Virus record (IMG/VR): IMGVR_UViG_3300021431_000083
From: a virus
Lineage: Duplodnaviria > Heunggongvirae > Uroviricota > Caudoviricetes
DNA: 64,000 nt
Strand: one strand, 5' to 3'
Of the stretch, positions 23,076-33,049 are shown piece by piece (position 1 is the first letter of the stretch; every line of letters starts with the position of its first letter). Below the pieces are notes generated by a model. That model worked only from the letters and a program-made list of their open reading frames with translations, made no database searches and had not been told where the DNA came from. A program made the translations under genes and the position numbers.

Positions 23076-23330
23076 ATGGCACAGATGTTTTCAGAAAATG
23101 CACAGGCAGTACTTCGTTATCTTCAGGCAGACCCCAATGGTCAGTATACCGCTGATGATCTAGCGGATGCTCTGGGTCTAACCTCTCGTCAGATTAATGG
23201 CACTGCTACTGGTCTACAGAAGAAGGGTCTAACTGAGCGCGTTGTCGTTGAGGGTATTGAGAAGAAGGTTATTCGTCTTACCCCCGAAGGTCTCAGTGTT
23301 GATCCTGCTGCTGAGAAGCCAGCTGAATAG
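23076..23330 (+). CDS. Winged-helix DNA-binding protein
   Basis: ADDLADALGLTSRQINGTATGLQKKGLTER...IRLTPEG pattern; GC-ending codon bias. Confidence 0.8.
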   Translation: MAQMFSENAQAVLRYLQADPNGQYTADDLADALGLTSRQINGTATGLQKKGLTERVVVEGIEKKVIRLTPEGLSVDPAAEKPAE

Positions 23331-23360
23331 TTAAAATCAATACACGGAGTTAAAAGGAGA

Positions 23361-23396
23361 GGAGGGTTGTCTATATAAGGCGCCCTCCATTTTATT
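23361..23396 (+). terminator. Probable intrinsic terminator
   Basis: ggaggg...ccctcc stem plus T-tract. Confidence 0.6.
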
Positions 23397-24338
23397 ATGG
23401 AATATATTATATTATATAGTATAGCCATAATCATCGTAGTTATTGTTACACTTATATGTAAAAAATATTTAACTCTTATATCAAAGAAAAAAGAAGAATA
23501 TGAACGTTTACAAAGTGCCGTTGAAACTTTAGTAAATGAAAGAAATAGAATTAGTAATGATATTGATAAAGGTAAAACTACTCTTAATGATATCCGTCAT
23601 AAAGTTGATTTTACCGATCAAATACTTAAAGATTTAAATCAACAATACGATAAGACTAAAGACCATCTTGACAATCTTAAACAAATAGCTGAAGATAATG
23701 AAGCTAAATTACAAGAAGATTATAATAATGCTGCACAGCAATATAAGGATAAGTTAGCGCATATTAAAGAAACATGCGATGCTGAAAAAGCTATTATTGA
23801 ATTTGACTTAGAATCTTTAAAACAAACTCGTCATGCCGCAATTGAACAGTGGAGAAAACAACAACAAGATAAAAATCAACTCGATGGATATAAGTTAAAT
23901 ATTACATCACAAGATAAAAAAGATATTCAATTATTACAGAATATCCGCCTACAATTTTCGCATCCAAGAGTCATATCTAAATTAATATGGCAAACATATT
24001 TTCAACCATTGGCAAAACAACAATTTATTATGATTCTTGGTAATGAAACTAAATGCGGCATTTATAAAATTACTAACATACTAGATAATAAATGTTACAT
24101 TGGTCAATCAGTTGATATCTATAAACGTTGGTGCGATCATTGTAAATGCGGATGCGGTATAGATACTCCTAAAAACAATAAATTATATGCTGCAATGGAG
24201 CAAGATGGTATTGAAAACTTTACTTTTGAACTATTGGAGGAATGTCCAAGAGAAGAGTTAAATAAAAAAGAAGCATTCTATATTGATTTATATGAATCAA
24301 ATGATTATGGTTACAATCAAACTATTGGAGTAAATTAA
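23397..24338 (+). CDS. N-terminal TM, coiled coil and GIY-YIG nuclease domain protein
   Basis: Hydrophobic residues 3-20; GIYKITN...CYIGQS...RW. Confidence 0.85.
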   Translation: MEYIILYSIAIIIVVIVTLICKKYLTLISKKKEEYERLQSAVETLVNERNRISNDIDKGKTTLNDIRHKVDFTDQILKDLNQQYDKTKDHLDNLKQIAEDNEAKLQEDYNNAAQQYKDKLAHIKETCDAEKAIIEFDLESLKQTRHAAIEQWRKQQQDKNQLDGYKLNITSQDKKDIQLLQNIRLQFSHPRVISKLIWQTYFQPLAKQQFIMILGNETKCGIYKITNILDNKCYIGQSVDIYKRWCDHCKCGCGIDTPKNNKLYAAMEQDGIENFTFELLEECPREELNKKEAFYIDLYESNDYGYNQTIGVN

Positions 24339-24986
24339 ATGGAATTCATGACTATAGATGTTCAAGGGTTTGAATCAGCTATGCGCGGTATGCGTAATCC
24401 TCTTAAATCATATAATAAAGCAGATAGTTTTTGGCCGATTAAAGAAGAAAATCATTTTATAATAGGCCCTAATGATTATAAACTTGCAAAGAGTCTCTGG
24501 AAAGGTGGCACTGAACATCGTAAGTGGATGCGGCAAGTAATCGTTTGGGTTGAAATTACTGCACCAAGATATTGGTGGAGTGAATTTGATACTTATAAAA
24601 TTGGGACTTCCGCAAATTCAGAGAGTACAATGCATACCATTCTTAAAGAAGATTTTAATACATCTCAATTTGAGTGGCCTAGTTTTAATGGTTCAGATTG
24701 GGACATTGAAGCTGCATTTAATGACTATATTGATGTAATTAAAACTGTACGAGATCGTGCCAATGAGGTAACAGGTCAAGATAAAGAACATTATCAACAG
24801 ATTTTAAAAGCAATGCTACCAGAATCATTTTTACAAAAGCGAACTGTCTGTCTTAACTATGAAGTACTCGCAACAATGTATCATCAGCGAAAAAATCATC
24901 GTTTGCCGCAATGGTCTAAAGGATTCGTCTCTTGGATAAAAACACTTCCTTATAATGAATTTATCACGGGTGATTTCAATGCTTAA
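24339..24986 (+). CDS. thyX: Flavin-dependent thymidylate synthase-like protein
   Basis: EHRKWMRQ, APRYWWSEFDTYK, SESTMH, LPES, QRKNHRL motifs. Confidence 0.75.
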   Translation: MEFMTIDVQGFESAMRGMRNPLKSYNKADSFWPIKEENHFIIGPNDYKLAKSLWKGGTEHRKWMRQVIVWVEITAPRYWWSEFDTYKIGTSANSESTMHTILKEDFNTSQFEWPSFNGSDWDIEAAFNDYIDVIKTVRDRANEVTGQDKEHYQQILKAMLPESFLQKRTVCLNYEVLATMYHQRKNHRLPQWSKGFVSWIKTLPYNEFITGDFNA

Positions 24987-25167
24987 AATTTATGTATATG
25001 ACGGAGGAGATAATCCTATTTTAATTATTGATACAAATATTGATAAAGATGAATTTGAAAAAACACTTGAAGATTGGCCGGAATTTATTAAGGTTGATGA
25101 TAGTCGTACAGGTATAAGCTTTTGTATTCCTGCACATAGATATCCTATTGGATGGCAAGAAGAATAA
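24979..25167 (+). CDS. Hypothetical protein
   Basis: ATG at 24979 overlapping the thyX stop. Confidence 0.55.
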   Translation: MLKIYVYDGGDNPILIIDTNIDKDEFEKTLEDWPEFIKVDDSRTGISFCIPAHRYPIGWQEE

Positions 25168-25174
25168 ATTTTTA

Positions 25175-25203
25175 TTGACAATTGTAATAAAATATTTTAT
25201 AAT
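25175..25203 (+). promoter_or_regulatory. sigma70-type promoter
   Basis: TTGACA-N17-TATAAT. Confidence 0.85.
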
Positions 25204-25240
25204 ATTATTGTAAATAAAAATAGAAAGAGAGTAAATACAC

Positions 25241-26176
25241 ATGAAGAATAATTTTGAAAATTCTGTTGATGTCCGTGGTTGGGTGTTTAATCACACTCTT
25301 GCAAAGAAAGTTTCAAAGAAAGGCGTAGAGTATATTGGCGGCTCTATTAATGTCGCTACAGATGTAGATGCTGTCAATGTTGTTCCGGTAAATTTCATGT
25401 ATGTAGTTCCAACTTTTAAGAATGGTAAACCAAATACAACTTATTCATTCTTAGAGCAAATTATTAATGAAAATAATACTTATGAAATGAATGGAGCTTC
25501 AGCAACAAAAATTCGTATTGATGGTGATGTTGAATGCAATGACTTCGTAACCCGTGAAGGTGATATGGCTTCTCCAAAACGTGTTCGTGGTAGTTTTGCT
25601 CATCCTGAGACTGGTGATATTGCAACAGTAGGTTGCGCGAAATTCAAGACCGACATGCTTATCGAGGGTTATCAAGAAGTTGAAGTTGAAAATGGCGATA
25701 ACTATGGCCGCATCCGTGGTTATGTTTTCAATTTCAAGAATGATTTCCTCCCAGTAGAATATACAATTCGTACAGCTGGTGGTATGAATTATTTTGAAAA
25801 AGCGGATATTAGTATTAGTGAACCAATGCTAACCAAGGTTTGGGGTAATATTGTTTGTACAACAATTGAGAACCGTACTGAAACAGAAAATGCTTTTGGT
25901 GCTCCAACTGTAAATATTACAACTCGTACTCTTCGTGCCTGGGATATTGAAGGCGCATCTGTTGATCCAATGGAATTTGGTGATGAATCTACAATGACTG
26001 CAGAGGATGTAGCAGAAGGTAAAAATAATCGTGAGCTACACCTTGTAGAAGTTCGTGCAAATCATGATGAATATCAGAGGTCTAAAGATAATGCTTTTAA
26101 TGATGATCCTCCTTTCAGTGGAGCGACTACCGTAAAGTCTGCATCACCAACGGCTGCGAAGAATTTTAAATTTTAA
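25241..26176 (+). CDS. Putative single-stranded DNA-binding protein
   Basis: Beta-rich duplicated OB-like pattern; adjacent to a recombinase-like ATPase; tentative. Confidence 0.55.
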   Translation: MKNNFENSVDVRGWVFNHTLAKKVSKKGVEYIGGSINVATDVDAVNVVPVNFMYVVPTFKNGKPNTTYSFLEQIINENNTYEMNGASATKIRIDGDVECNDFVTREGDMASPKRVRGSFAHPETGDIATVGCAKFKTDMLIEGYQEVEVENGDNYGRIRGYVFNFKNDFLPVEYTIRTAGGMNYFEKADISISEPMLTKVWGNIVCTTIENRTETENAFGAPTVNITTRTLRAWDIEGASVDPMEFGDESTMTAEDVAEGKNNRELHLVEVRANHDEYQRSKDNAFNDDPPFSGATTVKSASPTAAKNFKF

Positions 26177-26190
26177 TTAGGGGGTAGTAT

Positions 26191-27198
26191 ATGGCTAGTG
26201 TTGATATTTTTGCGGTTAAACCGCACGTAGTATCAAGAGATCTAAAGGGCTATACTATACTTCTATACGGTGCTCCTAAAACTGGTAAGACAACTATAGC
26301 TTCAAAGTTCTCTAAAGCTCTTCTTCTCGGTTTTGAAGCTGGTTATCTTACCATCCCAGGGATTATGGCTCTCCCAATTAACTCGTGGGCAGAATTTAAG
26401 AGTGTTCTTAAACAGCTTAAAACTGATGAAGGTCACGCAGCTTATGATAATATTATTATAGATACTGTAGACATTGCTTATGATCTTTGTGAAAAATATG
26501 TCTGCAACCGCGAGGGTGTAGAAAATATTGCTGATCTTGCTTATGGTAAAGGTTATAACATGGTATCGAAGGAATTTGATGAAGCTCTTCGTTTAATTCC
26601 ACAAATTGGTTATGGCCTTGTTATGATTAGTCATAGTCAAGATAAAGTATTTACAGATGAAAATGGTAAAGAATATAATCAAATTTGTCCTACTCTTGGA
26701 AACCGTCCTCGTTTAATTGTAGACCGTATGAGTGACTTAATTATTTATGCACATCCAATCCAAGAGGAAGATGGAACTATTCATACTGTTGGGTTTATGC
26801 GGCAAACACCTCGATTTGTAGCTGGCTCTCGTTTTAAATATACACCCGATAGTATTGAATTTAATTATGACAATCTTGTAAATGCTATCGGTGATGCTAT
26901 TGATAAACAAGCTGCAGAATATGATAATAAGTTTGTTACAGATGCCCCAACAAAAATTGAATCAGTGCCGCAAACTCCAGATTTTGATGAATTAATGAAT
27001 CAATTTAATACGTTGGTTGAAAAAATTCAAGAAGCAACTGGTGCAACTTTTGGTACTAACTGGGCACCGCGCATTGTTGAAATTACTGATAAGTATCTTG
27101 GCAAAGGAAAGAAAGTTTCTGATGCCACACCTAAGCAAGCTGAACAGCTTGAGTTGATTGTAAACGAGTTAACTGAACAAGTTGGGCTTGGTTTATAA
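26191..27198 (+). CDS. Sak4-like AAA ATPase / recombinase
   Basis: Walker A GAPKTGKTT, Walker B IIIDT. Confidence 0.8.
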   Translation: MASVDIFAVKPHVVSRDLKGYTILLYGAPKTGKTTIASKFSKALLLGFEAGYLTIPGIMALPINSWAEFKSVLKQLKTDEGHAAYDNIIIDTVDIAYDLCEKYVCNREGVENIADLAYGKGYNMVSKEFDEALRLIPQIGYGLVMISHSQDKVFTDENGKEYNQICPTLGNRPRLIVDRMSDLIIYAHPIQEEDGTIHTVGFMRQTPRFVAGSRFKYTPDSIEFNYDNLVNAIGDAIDKQAAEYDNKFVTDAPTKIESVPQTPDFDELMNQFNTLVEKIQEATGATFGTNWAPRIVEITDKYLGKGKKVSDATPKQAEQLELIVNELTEQVGLGL

Positions 27199-27257
27199 CT
27201 TTCTTTATAACGGTTGTCAAGGTAATTCTTGACAGCCGTTATTTTTTATGCTATAAT
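27192..27257. promoter_or_regulatory. Terminator hairpin built from two opposed -35 boxes; rightward and antisense sigma70 promoters
   Basis: aacggttgtcaag/cttgacagccgtt stem; + TTGACA-N17-TATAAT; - TTGACA-N17-TATAAA. Confidence 0.75.
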
Positions 27258-27286
27258 ATTATTATAAATAGCTTTAGGAGAATATT

Positions 27287-27781
27287 ATGGCAAAACTTCC
27301 AGATGTAAAATGTCCATATTGTAATGAAACATTCTCTCGTGAAGAAAATCCTGATTGTATTCATATTGGTCGTAGATATTATCATAAAGAATGTTATGAT
27401 AAAAAGATGGAAAATGAAGAATATTATAATAAAATTCACGAATACTGTAAAAATAAATATGGAACAAATTATAGTAAACGAAGAATTGATCAACAAATAA
27501 AAGAATTAATTGAAGATGGTCGTTCAATGACTGGAATTTATCGTAGCTTAGTTTATTGGTATGATGTAAGTGACGGTGATGTTAGCAAGTCTCATGGTAG
27601 TATTAGAATTGTTGGTTATATATATGATGATGCAATGAGATATTATCAAAATAAATGGAGATTAGAACAACAGCAAGCAGAATTTCTAAAAGGATCTTTA
27701 GATTTAGGCACTGATATATTTTATATTAGTCCAACTCCAATAGAAAAACCTAAAAGAGTAAAATTATTTGATATTCATTAA
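27287..27781 (+). CDS. Zn-finger protein upstream of the helicase (possible loader)
   Basis: CPYC...HKEC; function inferred from position. Confidence 0.7.
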   Translation: MAKLPDVKCPYCNETFSREENPDCIHIGRRYYHKECYDKKMENEEYYNKIHEYCKNKYGTNYSKRRIDQQIKELIEDGRSMTGIYRSLVYWYDVSDGDVSKSHGSIRIVGYIYDDAMRYYQNKWRLEQQQAEFLKGSLDLGTDIFYISPTPIEKPKRVKLFDIH

Positions 27782-27793
27782 GGAGGGATTGAC

Positions 27794-29314
27794 ATAAGTA
27801 AGTATTATGATTCTGCATCTATTATTCAAGTAATAGGATGTACAATGCTCAATCCATCTTTATTAGAACAAGATGGTAAATATTTTTATAATGAAAATGA
27901 CTTTATGAGTGACTTTCATAGAGTCGTTTTTGGTTGTATTAATAATCTTTACCAGATGGGTGCAAAAAAGGTTACGACTCTAGATATTGAAAATTATCTT
28001 GAAGGGCGTCCAGAAGCAAAACAAATTTATATGGCAAGTAAAGGTAGTGAATGGTTAACTGAAATAACTCAAAATGCTGACCTTGCTAATTTTGAATATT
28101 ACTATAGCCGCATGAAAAAAATGACTCTTTTAAGAGGATATGAAGCTTGCGGCATGGATGTTCGTTTTTTATACAATCCAGATGAAATATTTAATGAGCA
28201 ACAAAAGAGGCAACAAGAAGATTATTTAGACAGTTTGTCATTAAATGAAATTGCAGATTTAATTGATAATAAAATATTAGATATACGTGCTAAATATGTA
28301 GATAATGCGACAGATGAAGCAACTTCAATTGGTGACTCAATTTTTGATTTATTAAATAATTTGAGTCAAGAACCTGATATGGGCAAACCAATGTATGGTA
28401 AATATATCAATACTGTTACAAGAGGTTGTCGTTTAAAAAAAGTTTATCTACGAAGTGGTGCAACCGGTCAAGGTAAAAGTCGTACTATGATTGCTGATGC
28501 ATGTTATTTAGCATGTGACCGCATGTATGATAAATCTTCTAACTCTTGGATTGAAATTGGTGATAAAAATCCAGTTACTTTTATTAGTACAGAGTTAGAG
28601 TTATCAGAACTTCAAACAATGGCTTTAGCATTTATTGCTGATGTAAATGAAGAGCATATTTTATCTCATAAGTATGATTTTGATGAATATGAAAGAGTAA
28701 AACGAGCTGCGGAAATATTAAAGACAAGTCCTATTTATATTGAAGAACTTCCTGATTTTAATTTAAAAGATATTGAAAATACTATTAAAAGAAATATTAG
28801 AGTAAATGAATGTCAGTATGTGTTTTTAGATTATATTCATACATCAATGAAAATTCTTGAAGAAATTAGTCATCGTTCTGGTGGCGTTAAACTGCGAGAA
28901 GATAATATTTTGTTTCTTTTAGGCGTTAAATTAAAAGATTTAGCTAATCAATTTGGTGTTTTTATTTTATCAGGAACTCAGCTTAATGCAGACTATAAAA
29001 CGTCTGACACACCTGATCAAAATCTTCTTCGTGGTGCAAAATCATTAGGTGATAAAATTGATGTTGGTATGATTTTGTTAGAAGTTACAAAAGAAGATCA
29101 AGAAGCAATTCAAGGCATTGTGGAAACTCAAGGTTATATAATGCCAAATGTAAAAATGTCTATATATAAAAATAGGCGTGGTTCATATAATAGATTATAT
29201 TTATGGATGAATGCAGATAAAGGAACTTGCAGATTTAATCCAATTTTTGCAACAGATTATCAATATAATCCAATTCCAATAGCAGATACAGAAATTAAAG
29301 TGAAGGAGGTATAA
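27794..29314 (+). CDS. dnaB: Replicative DnaB-family helicase; probable ATA start
   Basis: Walker A GATGQGKS, FLDYI, SGTQLN, KNRRG; frame open upstream of the track ATG (27845) to an ATA 7 nt after AGGAGG. Confidence 0.88.
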   Translation: MSKYYDSASIIQVIGCTMLNPSLLEQDGKYFYNENDFMSDFHRVVFGCINNLYQMGAKKVTTLDIENYLEGRPEAKQIYMASKGSEWLTEITQNADLANFEYYYSRMKKMTLLRGYEACGMDVRFLYNPDEIFNEQQKRQQEDYLDSLSLNEIADLIDNKILDIRAKYVDNATDEATSIGDSIFDLLNNLSQEPDMGKPMYGKYINTVTRGCRLKKVYLRSGATGQGKSRTMIADACYLACDRMYDKSSNSWIEIGDKNPVTFISTELELSELQTMALAFIADVNEEHILSHKYDFDEYERVKRAAEILKTSPIYIEELPDFNLKDIENTIKRNIRVNECQYVFLDYIHTSMKILEEISHRSGGVKLREDNILFLLGVKLKDLANQFGVFILSGTQLNADYKTSDTPDQNLLRGAKSLGDKIDVGMILLEVTKEDQEAIQGIVETQGYIMPNVKMSIYKNRRGSYNRLYLWMNADKGTCRFNPIFATDYQYNPIPIADTEIKVKEV

Positions 29315-29315
29315 A

Positions 29316-30389
29316 TTGACTTTTAATAAAGACCAAGTTAAAGAACAACTTGAATTTGAAGATATTTATACCCTCCTTGAAGATTTAGGTGCTGAGCCAC
29401 AAATATTTAATGATACAATTCATTGTTTAACAATTTGTCATGGCGGTGATAGTCACAAATTATATTATTATAATAATACTCAACTATTTCGTTGTTATAC
29501 TCATTGCGGTGATGCTTTTGATGTATTTGATTTAATTTCTCGTGTAAAAGATATAGATTTAAATACTTCTATTTATTATGTTGTAAACTTTTTTAATATG
29601 CAACATAAACTTGAAGAAGTCGAAGATGAATTATTAACCGATGAATGGAAATTATTTAGACGCTATAGAAATCTTAGAGATATAACCATTAATAATGACA
29701 AGATTGAACTACCTGACATTAATCCAGATATTCTAGAGCATTATCCGCAACCAAGATATGGAGCATGGGAATCTGAATATATATCTAAAGAAATTTGTGA
29801 TCATATGAATATTCATTATGACCCTGTCTCTGGCGGTATTTTAATTCCGCACTATGATGAAAATGACAGATTAATTGGAATTAGAGAAAGAACTCTTGTC
29901 CAAGAGAATGAAGTATATGGTAAATACAGACCCGTAAAAATCGGTGGTAAATTAGCTAATCATCCATTGTCATTTAATTTATATGGTTTAAATAAAGCTA
30001 AAGAGCGCATCAAAGAAATCGGTGTAGCAATGGTATTTGAATCTGAAAAAGCTGTTCTTCAATCAATTGGCTATCTCGGATTAAAAAATAATATTGCTGT
30101 TGGCATGTGCGGCAGTACACTGTCTAATTATCAATTTCATCTTCTTTTGGATGCTGGCGCTAAAGAAATTTGCATAGGTGTCGATAGAGATTTTAATAAC
30201 TTATACGATGAAGAATATATAAAAGTATTAAAGAAAATGGAAAAGATGTATCAAAAGTACTCTCCATCTTGCAATATAAGTTTTATGTTAGATACAAAAG
30301 GTTTGACTGGATATAAACACAGCCCTACAGATGATGGCCGTGAAGTATTTTTAAATTTATGGGAAAATAGATTAATTCCAAATAGCTAA
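29316..30389 (+). CDS. dnaG: DNA primase
   Basis: N-terminal Zn-binding CH...C..C; Toprim FESEKA and GVDRD; TTG start. Confidence 0.85.
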   Translation: MTFNKDQVKEQLEFEDIYTLLEDLGAEPQIFNDTIHCLTICHGGDSHKLYYYNNTQLFRCYTHCGDAFDVFDLISRVKDIDLNTSIYYVVNFFNMQHKLEEVEDELLTDEWKLFRRYRNLRDITINNDKIELPDINPDILEHYPQPRYGAWESEYISKEICDHMNIHYDPVSGGILIPHYDENDRLIGIRERTLVQENEVYGKYRPVKIGGKLANHPLSFNLYGLNKAKERIKEIGVAMVFESEKAVLQSIGYLGLKNNIAVGMCGSTLSNYQFHLLLDAGAKEICIGVDRDFNNLYDEEYIKVLKKMEKMYQKYSPSCNISFMLDTKGLTGYKHSPTDDGREVFLNLWENRLIPNS

Positions 30390-30399
30390 GGAGGATTAG

Positions 30400-32142
30400 T
30401 TGAGATATAAAACATATTTAAAACAAACATGTCCCACATCAACTGAACAAATATTATATGGTAGAGGCGTTACAAATATTAATGCTTGGCTTAATGCAAA
30501 TATAAACGATATAGCATCTTGGAGAACTCTTTGTAATATAGATTGGGCTGTTTCTCAGTTACGACATACTATTGAAGAAAATTTAAACGTTTGTATTATC
30601 GTAGATTGTGATGTAGATGGGTATACAAGTGCGGCAATATTAATAAATTTTTTATACAGTTTATTTCCAGATTGGGTAAATAATCATTTAACATATCTTC
30701 ATCATAGCGGTAAAGAACATGGACTTGTTGATATGCGAAATCTTATACCAGAAGATACTCAATTAATTATTTGTCCTGATAGTGCAAGCAATGATTATGA
30801 AGAACATGAATATTGGTTTAATCAAGATGTTGATATTATAATTCTTGATCATCATGAAGCTTTAAAAATGTCTAGTTTTAATAACACTATAACAGTTAAT
30901 AATCAATTATGTAATTATTCTAATAAAGAACTTAGTGGAGCAGGTATTGTTTGGCAATTTTGTAGAGCTTTTAATGATATGAATCTAGCAAATGGCGATG
31001 AAGGGATAGATTTATGTGCTCTTGGAAATTGTGGAGACATGATGAGCTATAGATCTATTGAAACAAAAGCAATTATTCAGGAAGGATTAAAAAATGTCAC
31101 TAATCCATTTTTTAATGAAATGTTAGAGTTAAATGAATTTACATTAAATAAATATGGTGGACCGCACTGTTATAAAGCTATTGCTTTCGCAGTCGTACCA
31201 TTTATTAATGCGACAGTTCGATCTGGTACTCAAGAAGAAAAAGATATTGTCTTTAGAGCTATGTGTAAACCCTGGTGTTTTGAAAAAGTTCCTAATACCA
31301 AAAGAGGACATAAAGGTGAAGAATGGCCTTTGTATCAGCAAGCTGCCTATCTTACAAGTGCAATTAAAAGACGCCAAACCAAATTAGAAACTGAATCTAT
31401 GGCTCTTTTAGAAAAAAAGATCGCTGCACAACACCTTCTTGATAATAGCATTTTGGTGTGTTGTTGTGAACCTGGTGAAGTAGAACCTAATATCAGAGGT
31501 CTTGCCGCAAATAAACTTGCTAGTAAATATCAACGTCCGTGTTTAGTATTAACTAAAAGTAAAACTAAAGATGATGATGAATATTACTACAGAGGTTCTG
31601 GCCGCAATTACAGCATGAGTGAAGTTACTGATTTAAAAGCTGTTGAAGAATCTACTGGACTCATTGAATATGCACAAGGACATGGCAATGCTCACGGTTT
31701 TGGAATAGCAGAGCGTAATCTTGATGCATTTATCGCAACGATGAATGAAAAATATAAAGATGTTCCAAAAGAAGCTGTATATTGGGTTGATTATATTTGG
31801 AATATGACAGAGGCTAGTCCTGATAAATTGTTAGAACTTGCGGAAATGAGTAATTTCTGGGGACAAGATATGCCTGCAAGTCAAATTGCTATTGAAAATA
31901 TTGATTTAAGCCAATGTCAAATACGTTTATGCGGTGCTAAAAATAACACTCTCCGCATGATACTGCCGAATGGATTAGTACTTGTTAAATTTGGCATTGA
32001 TGAAGATCAATATGAAGAATTACTTCAACCGAATACTTATATGACTTGCATTGTTTCACCTAGTAAAAATGAATATATGGGTAAAATAAGTGGAGAAGGA
32101 TTTATAGATGATTATATTTTAGAAACTAAATGGAGATTTTAG
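30400..32142 (+). CDS. recJ: RecJ-like ssDNA exonuclease (DHH family)
   Basis: DCDVDG, DHH, GSGR and GHGNAHG motifs. Confidence 0.9.
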   Translation: MRYKTYLKQTCPTSTEQILYGRGVTNINAWLNANINDIASWRTLCNIDWAVSQLRHTIEENLNVCIIVDCDVDGYTSAAILINFLYSLFPDWVNNHLTYLHHSGKEHGLVDMRNLIPEDTQLIICPDSASNDYEEHEYWFNQDVDIIILDHHEALKMSSFNNTITVNNQLCNYSNKELSGAGIVWQFCRAFNDMNLANGDEGIDLCALGNCGDMMSYRSIETKAIIQEGLKNVTNPFFNEMLELNEFTLNKYGGPHCYKAIAFAVVPFINATVRSGTQEEKDIVFRAMCKPWCFEKVPNTKRGHKGEEWPLYQQAAYLTSAIKRRQTKLETESMALLEKKIAAQHLLDNSILVCCCEPGEVEPNIRGLAANKLASKYQRPCLVLTKSKTKDDDEYYYRGSGRNYSMSEVTDLKAVEESTGLIEYAQGHGNAHGFGIAERNLDAFIATMNEKYKDVPKEAVYWVDYIWNMTEASPDKLLELAEMSNFWGQDMPASQIAIENIDLSQCQIRLCGAKNNTLRMILPNGLVLVKFGIDEDQYEELLQPNTYMTCIVSPSKNEYMGKISGEGFIDDYILETKWRF

Positions 32143-32750
32143 TGAACGAAGAGTATATAATTTATATTTATTATAATAATATGAATAAAATCTTGTATAT
32201 TGGAAAAACGAATAATTTTATTCAAAGGCAAAAAGAACATCTTATGAGAGGAGAAGAATATATGTTCTCCTTCTCGTATGTTGAAAAATATCTTTTTAAT
32301 AGTGAGCTTTATAGGGATATTTATGAGCTCTTTCTTATTAATAAAGAAAAACCATATTATAATGAGCAAGGGCTAGCCAAAGTTTCTGAAGAAGAACTTA
32401 AAAAACTTGAAACATTTCTACCAAAGGGAAAACTAGTTGAACGGATATATCGAAATGACTGTGATTTTTTAATAAAACGTGACAATTTTTTACCAGAATT
32501 AGAATACATGACTTTAGTAGAATTAACAAATAAAATAATTCAAAAATATCCAGAAGCACAATCTTGGAATAATGAAGAAACATACAATTTCTTTTTTAAA
32601 ACTGAAGAAGGATGGAATTTCTATTTGAAAGAATATTATCTAAAAATAAGGGAAAAATGGTATACAGAAAAACAGTTTAAAGATAATTTACATAGATTTA
32701 GACAGAATCATCCTTTTCAAAGACAAATAGATAAGGATAATAATGAGTAA
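32130..32750 (+). CDS. GIY-YIG-family nuclease-like protein
   Basis: YIY...LYIGKT...R..EH...YELFLINKEKPYYN; start uncertain. Confidence 0.75.
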   Translation: MEILVNEEYIIYIYYNNMNKILYIGKTNNFIQRQKEHLMRGEEYMFSFSYVEKYLFNSELYRDIYELFLINKEKPYYNEQGLAKVSEEELKKLETFLPKGKLVERIYRNDCDFLIKRDNFLPELEYMTLVELTNKIIQKYPEAQSWNNEETYNFFFKTEEGWNFYLKEYYLKIREKWYTEKQFKDNLHRFRQNHPFQRQIDKDNNE

Positions 32751-32982
32751 TTATGAAAAATATGTAACTATAAAAGCTAAAGACCTTGAAAGACTTTTAG
32801 ATGATGCTGAATTTTATTTACGATTAGAGCAAGCTGGAGTTGATAATTGGATTGGTTTTGACTATGCTCGTAATGAAGGTCATGGATATTCTGAAGATAA
32901 AGACTACTGGGAATTTTGTAGCCTTGATCTTTTAGATAAATGTGATATTGCAGATGTTAAAGTGTATGAGTTATATGGATAG
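32743..32982 (+). CDS. Hypothetical protein
   Basis: LEQAGVDNW motif; stop TAG. Confidence 0.7.
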   Translation: MSNYEKYVTIKAKDLERLLDDAEFYLRLEQAGVDNWIGFDYARNEGHGYSEDKDYWEFCSLDLLDKCDIADVKVYELYG

Positions 32983-32984
32983 TT

Positions 32985-33013
32985 TTGACAAATGTAAAAT
33001 TTTATGTTATAAT
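32985..33013 (+). promoter_or_regulatory. sigma70-type promoter
   Basis: TTGACA-N17-TATAAT with TG extension. Confidence 0.85.
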
Positions 33014-33049
33014 ATATTTAAATAAAGGGATATATTAGAAAGAGGTTAT

